Of a stretch of DNA of 64,000 nt, positions 34,112 to 41,126 are shown piece after piece. The DNA comes from an uncultured virus (IMG/VR IMGVR_UViG_3300020050_017898) (taxonomy: Duplodnaviria; Heunggongvirae; Uroviricota; Caudoviricetes): IMG/VR virus record IMGVR_UViG_3300020050_017898; one strand, given 5' to 3'. The position numbers and the translations under genes are program-made. Every line of letters starts with the position of its first letter. Within the stretch, counting starts at the first letter, position 1. Below the pieces are notes generated by a model that saw only the letters and a list, made by a program, of their open reading frames with translations, made no database searches and had not been told where the DNA came from.

Positions 34112-34849
34112 TTATGGGATATGTTTCCAAGTTCTACGCTCAATTATATCTCTGGCAGTTTGTTTATGTATTTTATATGTTTTTATTAAATCTACAACAA
34201 AATCACTTTTATTTTTTGTAGTTATTTTATATTGATTTCTTATAAAAATAACTTCTTTTTCTGTTAATTTTGCTTGTGAATGATTTTCACCGCTGGCAGC
34301 GATAGACATTTTTACTCTTGTCTCATCACTTGGTTTTATCCCTTTACAAGCCTTACTCATATTTCTTTTATATTTTTCATCCCAAACATGATTTTTCAGA
34401 TACTGATTTCCAGTCATTCTTTCTCGCATCCAATTTGGATTTTCTTTATGAAAATTTTTTAGCCATTCAGATTTTTTAATTTTTAACTCTGGAGTATTTT
34501 GAGCAGCAATCATTTTAGCAATTGTTTCTTCAGATGGTCTCATACCACCTTCGCCACCAATATTGCAATTATACCCATATTTTTTATTATTTGAATTAGA
34601 TAACAAAATTAATTTAGTTTCCATAATTAAAGCCTCTGATTCTGACTCAAGCTCATAAATAACATCAAATGAAAAATTGTGCTCACCATATTTGTTCATT
34701 GTTTTATTTATTGGATATAATTTAGTTTTGGCATGTCTTTTGTGTTCTTCCCATCTCCTATCAGGATTATTAGCTTTTCCAATATATATTTTTTTAGTAA
34801 TTAAATTTGTTATTACATACACATACGATTTGATATCAGAAGTGTCCAT
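34112..34849 (-). CDS. Free-standing GIY-YIG homing endonuclease with NUMOD3-like repeats
   Basis: YVYVITN...IYIGKA...RRWEEH...E...GYN; PSEETIAKM and PSDETRVKMS repeats; GENHSQAKLT. Confidence 0.88.
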   Translation of the reverse strand: MDTSDIKSYVYVITNLITKKIYIGKANNPDRRWEEHKRHAKTKLYPINKTMNKYGEHNFSFDVIYELESESEALIMETKLILLSNSNNKKYGYNCNIGGEGGMRPSEETIAKMIAAQNTPELKIKKSEWLKNFHKENPNWMRERMTGNQYLKNHVWDEKYKRNMSKACKGIKPSDETRVKMSIAASGENHSQAKLTEKEVIFIRNQYKITTKNKSDFVVDLIKTYKIHKQTARDIIERRTWKHIP

Positions 34850-34894
34850 AATAATAGTATAACCATATAATTGTCTATATGATATATAATCAAA

Positions 34895-35308
34895 ATGCGT
34901 GAAGTTAATTTCAAGAACATTAATAGTATTACTATAGAAGATTTTTTAATTAAAGATAGAATTCTTTATAATCAAAAACCACATTATAAAGCTGAAAACA
35001 TTTTTACTCAAGTAATGATTTTTAATGGCTCTGGATGGAATATAGAAAATATTACAAACGAAATTGAAGTACCAATGTTTGAAACTGAAATTACTATTGA
35101 TCATATAAAAATTGCCATGCAAATTATGGATGTATTACCAGATTGGCGCTGGCTTTATGCTGATAATACAATGAGAGGTTTTATTGGTAATTCAGAGCAA
35201 TATGATTATTTCTTTCCATATGCCGATAACCTAGGAGTTTGGGCAATTGATGGAAATAAACAAGGGGCATTCTTTTTGATCGAAAACGTATGGCGTCAAA
35301 AGAAATAA
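34895..35308 (+). CDS. Hypothetical protein
   Basis: 137 aa, divergent from the GIY-YIG gene. Confidence 0.6.
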   Translation: MREVNFKNINSITIEDFLIKDRILYNQKPHYKAENIFTQVMIFNGSGWNIENITNEIEVPMFETEITIDHIKIAMQIMDVLPDWRWLYADNTMRGFIGNSEQYDYFFPYADNLGVWAIDGNKQGAFFLIENVWRQKK

Positions 35309-35309
35309 T

Positions 35310-35681
35310 TTAAAATAATAAGAAATTCTTAATTGTTTCTTCAGAACTAAAGCAATTTTTAAAATCTTCAATTGTTACATTATGATATGTTTCACATTTT
35401 GATTTGTTTATTTCATCATACATTATTTCTTTTGAAGGATAATAAATAAATTCATGATTTTGAAAAATAATTTCAATATGTTGTAAAGTATAATTATCAA
35501 ACCAATAATTAATATGATGACATTGATTGCAACCAATTATAAAATAAGAATTATTTCTAGGATTGTTTAAATAATTAGCGATATTATCATGATAAAGTGA
35601 TACATTGCAAAATAAACAAACAGAAGCTTTCAGATCTTCTTCGGTTTTGATAGTGAGAGTATTTTTATATTGATCAATCAT
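35310..35681 (-). CDS. CxxC paralogue family protein
   Basis: VCLFC...CNQCH; C-terminal TIEDFKNCFSSEETIKNFLLF. Confidence 0.7.
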   Translation of the reverse strand: MIDQYKNTLTIKTEEDLKASVCLFCNVSLYHDNIANYLNNPRNNSYFIIGCNQCHHINYWFDNYTLQHIEIIFQNHEFIYYPSKEIMYDEINKSKCETYHNVTIEDFKNCFSSEETIKNFLLF

Positions 35682-35723
35682 TGTTGAGAATATAACCTTG
35701 ACGAATTAAATAAAAATTTTGGA

Positions 35724-35757
35724 CAAAAAAACCCCGAAGAACAGATCTCAGGGCTTT
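35724..35757 (-). terminator. Probable intrinsic terminator
   Basis: Minus strand reads gccctgag-atctgttc-ttcggggt followed by a T tract; the stem includes G-U pairs. Confidence 0.5.
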
Positions 35758-35792
35758 GTGCATGAAATTAAATTAAAATCATGTTATTTATA

Positions 35793-36176
35793 TTATTGGA
35801 GGAGTAAAAAATTTTGTATGTGACTGTCAGTGAAGAACATTTTTAAAAAATTATTTAGAGATAAATTTGTGTAAATAGCATCATAAATAAAATCGGCATT
35901 ATATAATATATATTTCTTATCAAGAGAGTAAGTAATTTTTTCAATTTCGCCATTGGTTAGTTTATCTTCAATAAGAATTGAATTTAATTCATCATTATAT
36001 ATGAAATATTCAATATTAAAAATATGATTTGAACAATTCAAATGAGTTGAATAATCATATTGCCCATCAAAATTATCAATATCTTCTTGAGTTAAATCAG
36101 ATAACTTACTATTACAAAGTAAACATTTAAATTCTTTCAATTCATCTATTGTTTTGAATTGATATTTAGTTTTCAT
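35793..36176 (-). CDS. CxxC paralogue family protein
   Basis: Likely start MKTKYQ at 36176. KCLLC...CSNH; C-terminal SLNNFLKMFFTDSHIQNFLLL. Confidence 0.7.
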   Translation of the reverse strand: MKTKYQFKTIDELKEFKCLLCNSKLSDLTQEDIDNFDGQYDYSTHLNCSNHIFNIEYFIYNDELNSILIEDKLTNGEIEKITYSLDKKYILYNADFIYDAIYTNLSLNNFLKMFFTDSHIQNFLLLQ

Positions 36177-36729
36177 TATTTGCCTCATGTAAAGAAACAT
36201 ATTTTTGTATTTTTTCCTTAGTATCAAACATATAATGAAATTTGTTCATGCTAATACCATTGCCTACATAATGATTTTCTTTTGTTAGGTTATTAACAAT
36301 AGTAACATTTCTGTCTATAATATTATAAACTCCCAGATACTTATCAGATAGTTGTATTGTTAATTTGCTTTGAATAAACTTATTATCTTCTGAAGTTTTT
36401 ACAAAGAAATATTCTTTTAAAGAATTATGGCAATTACATTGTTTTAAGCAAAATTTTAAACCTAATTTGTTGTCTAAAATTGAATTATCAAGGCAATCAC
36501 TTGCCGACATAAGAGATCCAGTCTGCCTACTAACGTCATAAGTATTTCCTACTTTATCAATAAAGACTATTTCTAATCTTGATTTTTCAATAAATTTATT
36601 AACTTCAATAGAAGTTTTATTATCGACTTCCTGCCAACTTAAATTAATATTTTTAATTTTTTCATCACAAAAATTACATTTGTAAGTAATAATATTATAA
36701 AAATTACAATAACTTATATCATTTTTCAT
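36166..36729 (-). CDS. CxxC paralogue family protein
   Basis: MKNDISY...KCNFC...CNCH; C-terminal SMNKFHYMFDTKEKIQKYVSL. Confidence 0.7.
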   Translation of the reverse strand: MKNDISYCNFYNIITYKCNFCDEKIKNINLSWQEVDNKTSIEVNKFIEKSRLEIVFIDKVGNTYDVSRQTGSLMSASDCLDNSILDNKLGLKFCLKQCNCHNSLKEYFFVKTSEDNKFIQSKLTIQLSDKYLGVYNIIDRNVTIVNNLTKENHYVGNGISMNKFHYMFDTKEKIQKYVSLHEANNEN

Positions 36730-37088
36730 TTAGCGATAATCTTTCTTATAGTACGAGGTTTAACATTATAACCACTGCCAACTTCCTCTTGAGCTAAAGT
36801 TGCTTTTGTGCCGTTAGCTAACAAAGTATCATATTTTGTTTTGATTTCTTCTATATCTGAATTTACTAACTTAGCATTAGGAGCATTTTCTCCGCTATGA
36901 TTTAATGTATATAAAATTTTAAGCTTTGCTTTAATTTTTTCTAATTCATCGGCAGGAATTAACTCTGGTATTTTGCGATGTAAAGTGCTTTCTCCTATTG
37001 TGGTAATTTTAACAATTTGTTTTACAGAATATTGAGCTGTACGATATAGTTTAATTGACTCTTCTAAAATTTCTTCTTTTGATTTCAT
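36726..37088 (-). CDS. HTH DNA-binding protein related to homing-endonuclease C-terminal modules
   Basis: Two HTH-like segments and GENAPNAKLV, the same motif seen in the three GIY-YIG proteins; no nuclease domain. Confidence 0.6.
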   Translation of the reverse strand: MKSKEEILEESIKLYRTAQYSVKQIVKITTIGESTLHRKIPELIPADELEKIKAKLKILYTLNHSGENAPNAKLVNSDIEEIKTKYDTLLANGTKATLAQEEVGSGYNVKPRTIRKIIAK

Positions 37089-38626
37089 TTGATTAGCTTT
37101 CCCATTCTGTATCGTGGCATTACTATATTTTTATTTGCAAAATATTTTTTCAAACAATCATTAACACTATCATATGACACATTTCGATCATCAGCAACTT
37201 TTTGAATATTAGTTTCAATTACATTTTCATAATCATGAATGATTTGTTTCTTTTCTGATTCTTCTAAAAATGTTCTTTTAGCTTCTTTATCCTTTTTAGC
37301 TCTACCCTGTTGTCTTTCTTCCTTGCTTTTACCGCCTCGCGACGGAGAAACTCTTTCAGGTCTTATTAGGGTAAGATTTTGACGATAAAATTTCTTAATA
37401 ATTTCCTGAATTTTCCATTTTGGAGGACCAAATTTTTTGGAAAGATCATCGGTAGAGACATCAGGATTGTTAAAATTATATTTTATGATTTTTTCCATCT
37501 CAGTATCATCATACTTAGCTCGATCAAAATCATACCTGGGATCATTTACATAAAAAGGATCTTGTAATTCTTTAAAGATTAAATCTTTAGAAGCATCTTC
37601 AATAGTTTTACGCTCAACATCAAAAATATCACCTATCTCTTGAGTAGTATAATGTTTTCCAGTATCAGGATTAATTGTAACTCTAAATTCTTTAATAACA
37701 TCACGATCTTCTTGATTCTTAAATAAACTATCTTTACTTTGTTGAAATTTTATTATTAATCTTGGTTTTAAAGAATCGTTTATTTTTTTAATTTCTTCTT
37801 TTGAAATTTTAGACAAAATATTAGAAATTTGTTTATATGATAATTTATATTTTATTGCTAATTCATATTGAAAATATTCTCCAGTTTTATAATGATTAAT
37901 TATTTCTTCATTTCGCTTAAGTTTTTGTTCTGGAGTCATCGTCTTAATTATATATTTACGTTTTCTACCATTTAAATATGATCTTTCAAGAAGCAGTTGC
38001 TTAATCACATCAGGACTTACTCCGTAAAGCTCTCCAATAGCTCGGGCAGTTATCTTATATGGAACATAAAGCTGTCTGGCTTCTTCAGCCTGTTCATTAG
38101 TAAGCTGGGCAATTGCAGAATTCTCTCCACGATGTTTTTCAGACAGAACATCTTTGACTTCTTCACTAACTGTGTGAAATCCGCCTCCACCTCTTCCACC
38201 ATCATCAATATTAAATACTCTCCATCGATTACCATTATCAATGGCTTTTTGACGTTCAGATTTAATCATTTGCATTTCAACATCAGCTGCCAAATATCTA
38301 TTATCATAAGTACTATGATGATCAAAATCAAATACATCTGTTCCTTCTTTATTCATTACATTATAAAGATCTTGATTGTGATGAGTAAAATCAGTATTAG
38401 TACCCATATATTTATGGGTCTTCCATCTCTCATTAATATTCCAGGTGATACCAATATAAATATCACCAGTAGGTTTATGAGTAATAGTATAGACATGAGT
38501 TACTCTATCATTAAGAGGAATTCCATCTTCTTCTGTAATTTCATAATCTGAAATAGGTAAATCAACTTCTTCTAATGTATAATTTTGATTGATTACTTCT
38601 TGTATATCTTTTATATGTGAATCCAT
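37085..38626 (-). CDS. Large GIY-YIG endonuclease with multiple HTH units
   Basis: HVYTITH...IYIGIT...ERWKTH...E...FN; GENSAIAQLT; several HTH-like repeats; 513 aa. Confidence 0.8.
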   Translation of the reverse strand: MDSHIKDIQEVINQNYTLEEVDLPISDYEITEEDGIPLNDRVTHVYTITHKPTGDIYIGITWNINERWKTHKYMGTNTDFTHHNQDLYNVMNKEGTDVFDFDHHSTYDNRYLAADVEMQMIKSERQKAIDNGNRWRVFNIDDGGRGGGGFHTVSEEVKDVLSEKHRGENSAIAQLTNEQAEEARQLYVPYKITARAIGELYGVSPDVIKQLLLERSYLNGRKRKYIIKTMTPEQKLKRNEEIINHYKTGEYFQYELAIKYKLSYKQISNILSKISKEEIKKINDSLKPRLIIKFQQSKDSLFKNQEDRDVIKEFRVTINPDTGKHYTTQEIGDIFDVERKTIEDASKDLIFKELQDPFYVNDPRYDFDRAKYDDTEMEKIIKYNFNNPDVSTDDLSKKFGPPKWKIQEIIKKFYRQNLTLIRPERVSPSRGGKSKEERQQGRAKKDKEAKRTFLEESEKKQIIHDYENVIETNIQKVADDRNVSYDSVNDCLKKYFANKNIVMPRYRMGKLIK

Positions 38627-38690
38627 AATAGGTGCTCAGGTCGGATTGTTTAAGTAAGTCGTGTGCGCAGAATTGCTGCACCTACTCACT

Positions 38691-38718
38691 ACTATAACCA
38701 CGCTGACGGAGGATGCAA
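38691..38718 (-). promoter_or_regulatory. Sigma70-like promoter for the GIY-YIG operon
   Basis: Minus strand TTGCAT-N16-TATAGT, about 65 nt upstream of ATG 38626 and downstream of the capsid terminator. Confidence 0.5.
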
Positions 38719-38784
38719 CATGTTTCGAACCAAAACTCGCGAAGTTAGGTTGGGTAGTGACTTGCGATGCAAACCGGCACAAAT

Positions 38785-38815
38785 AAAAAAGACTCTGACC
38801 GAAGCCAGAGCCTTT
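38785..38815 (-). terminator. Intrinsic terminator after the major capsid gene
   Basis: Minus strand aaaggctctggc-TTCG-gtcagagtc-tttttt (cUUCGg tetraloop). Confidence 0.85.
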
Positions 38816-38842
38816 AGAAAACTAATTCTAATTATTTGCTAA

Positions 38843-39632
38843 TTAGGGGTTAACGAGAGTTGATTTACGACCGATGGCAACTGAACGGGAGTTCAAAATG
38901 CCAATACCCAGCTCGCTTGTGACAACCCATCCTAATTTAAGTTGTTTCGGCTCATCAGCAGGAATAACCTGGATGTCCTGGCGAACCGGCATAACACCAA
39001 CGAATTCCGGATCAGCACAACCATAAACGGTTCCCGGGGGAACAAGTTTGGAAACGATAATATCAGCACCAAAGATCTGACCATAAAGACCAGTCTGAAG
39101 AACTTCGCGGAGAGAAACCGGATCAAAATCACCACCGGTTGAACCCTGACCACCACCAGCACCCCATTTGAGAATATCGGTAAACTCAGAGATATTCATA
39201 AAATATTTAGCAGTAACGTTATCCCAACCGTCAATCTGTTTCTTGATATCGATAAGGTCGCGCTTGAGGAGACCTGAATCGTTGATATCCTGAGCGGTAT
39301 TTTCAACAGTGGCGGCGATATCGAGAGCGCCGAAGAAGTTTAGATCTTCCTGAGCCATAAGTTCCTGACGAGCTTTCTGGATGGCACGGTCAATCGCATT
39401 GAAGCGGCGTCTACGAGCTTCTGAATAACGAATGGTGGGGTTTGAGAAGAGCTCAAAGAGTTCAACTGAAGCGCGCTCACCAAAGACGCGTGATTCCGGA
39501 CCTGAGCCATGGGCTGAAACAACGACAGCCTGGACATCGATATCAAGTTCGTAGGTAACGAATTCGCCCTGTTCAACGGGGTCAACAACTAGACCACGAC
39601 GAGCAACTCCGTGGTAATCAAGATTTTTACGA
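38843..39632 (-). CDS. Major capsid protein, exon 2
   Basis: The frame of track ORF 38843-39358 stays open to 39632: RKNLDYHGVARRGLVVDPVEQGEFVTYELD...FELFSNPTIRYSEARRRRFNAIDRAIQKARQELMAQED...GWVVTSELGIGILN, an HK97-fold pattern. Confidence 0.88.
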
Positions 39633-40817
39633 CAAATTGTTAAGGTGATTAACCTACTAAGTCATTTCTGCTTAGTTCCTTACATTTTTGTAAGGGTCAG
39701 ACTGTATCATCATTATTAGAAGAGATTTCTTCTAAAATGTTTGGCGTACTCGTCGTTGAGGATTCAGGCATGAGTTTATACTTCATAGATTCTACTACAT
39801 GAGGTCTGATAATATCACTAAGTTTCTGTGTATTAATTTTATTAAGAGCAATCATCCAATAACCAACACCTTTATATTTATATGGAGCAACTGTTGCATC
39901 TAAGTTGAAACATCTTTTAAGGTAATCGACTAAGTCTTCATTATCTTTTTTTGTAAAACCCATCGAACAAATTCTCATATTAACACCTTCATTTAAATTT
40001 CCATCATCTTGTATCCAAACTGCTAAAGCAAGAGGAGTAAAGTACATGTCTAAATTTTTAGGTATTGATTTAATTTTTCCTTGATAAAACATTTTGCCAA
40101 ATTGATTAAAATCTTGATGACAAATTGTTGTAGTTTGAAGCATTATGGAATTTCCACGTTTATCTACATTTTCTCTGTAGTTATTAATGAAAGGATCCCA
40201 CATTGTTACATTCCAATGGAAATATTGTTCTTGTTTTTTACAGTGACCAAATGAAAGTTTATAACTTTGTTTTGCTGTATCTTTATATAAGCAACCATCT
40301 CCGAGGAGTTTTCCAACCAAAATTTGTTTTTGAATTGAATTTAATGGTGTTTGTCTTAGAATATCGTATTTTCTCATGGAGCAAATTACTTCTCGCTTAT
40401 TTGCTTTTAACCATTTAACAATTGGAGATGATGATATTTCATACCAATCTGCAATTTCTTTTACTGACATTCCTTTGTCGTGCTTATCTAACATACTTTG
40501 TAATTGATCAGGAGTAAAATCGCTCATATAATTCTTGCGCCATTTTACATTTTCTTGTTTTAAGATTTTTCTTACTGCCTCGTATCCAATTTTGGTACGA
40601 TCAGAAATTTCTTTTATTGTGAGACCTGATTCATATAAAGTTACTAAATCTTTATTGTTCATGCTTGCCTTTCCTGCTGATTGTCTATATCATCTTCATT
40701 CTGTTACTTTAACTGTGGTGAGATAGTTTCTTAAGACTACCTATAGGGTGTTAAAGTGATGAAGCTTTTAGAGTTTCCAGCATATAGCCAAATTTTAATC
40801 CCACTCGTTAGAGGTTA
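39633..40817 (-). mobile_element. Group I intron (1185 nt) in the major capsid gene
   Basis: P1 AAUCCCAU/GUGGGAUU with a U.G pair at the 5' splice site; P10 ACGA/UCGU; P element AUGCUGGAAA; Q element AAUCAGCAGG; P3 UUUGGC/GCCAAA; R-like CUCAACGAC; S-like GAUACAGUCU; terminal G at 39633. Splicing restores the reading frame. Confidence 0.9.
39697..40662 (-). CDS. Intron-encoded two-motif LAGLIDADG homing endonuclease with N-terminal HTH units
   Basis: ILVGKLLGDGCL and LALAVWIQDDGN motifs; the 3' end of the ORF runs through the intron R and S elements. Confidence 0.88.
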   Translation of the reverse strand: MNNKDLVTLYESGLTIKEISDRTKIGYEAVRKILKQENVKWRKNYMSDFTPDQLQSMLDKHDKGMSVKEIADWYEISSSPIVKWLKANKREVICSMRKYDILRQTPLNSIQKQILVGKLLGDGCLYKDTAKQSYKLSFGHCKKQEQYFHWNVTMWDPFINNYRENVDKRGNSIMLQTTTICHQDFNQFGKMFYQGKIKSIPKNLDMYFTPLALAVWIQDDGNLNEGVNMRICSMGFTKKDNEDLVDYLKRCFNLDATVAPYKYKGVGYWMIALNKINTQKLSDIIRPHVVESMKYKLMPESSTTSTPNILEEISSNNDDTV

Positions 40818-41035
40818 ATGGGATTTGCCATCGCCTGAGCGAGAGCATATTTTGCATGCTGATCATGAATAGCAGCTTCAATGAGTTCGCCAGCTTTTTC
40901 TTCTGAAACTGAAGAAGCTAGTGACTGTGAGGTGGGAACACCTTCTTGAAGAACTGAGGCATAACGAATAATCTGTTGAAGAGCATCGGTCTTGCTGGAG
41001 GCGTTTAGTTCGCCTTTTGAATTGAATGATACCAT
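40818..41035 (-). CDS. Major capsid protein, exon 1
   Basis: AGGA RBS; MVSFNSKG...ALAQAMANP(I). 218 nt + 790 nt = 1008 nt, giving a 335-aa protein with junction MANPI|RKNLDY. Confidence 0.88.
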
Positions 41036-41126
41036 GGTTTATTTCCTATTAGGGTTTTGAAAGTGTGCCAGCCAATGCCAGCAGGTTAGAAATTTATCCT
41101 CAAAATTGAAGATAGTTAAAATGATA

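Noticed and set aside
39340..39588. 82-aa track ORF as a separate gene or a capsid frameshift product
   Set aside because: It is an alternative frame of capsid exon 2; the capsid frame is open from 39632 and is explained by splicing.
39633..40817. Intein in the capsid protein
   Set aside because: In-frame stops flank the endonuclease and group I RNA elements are present.
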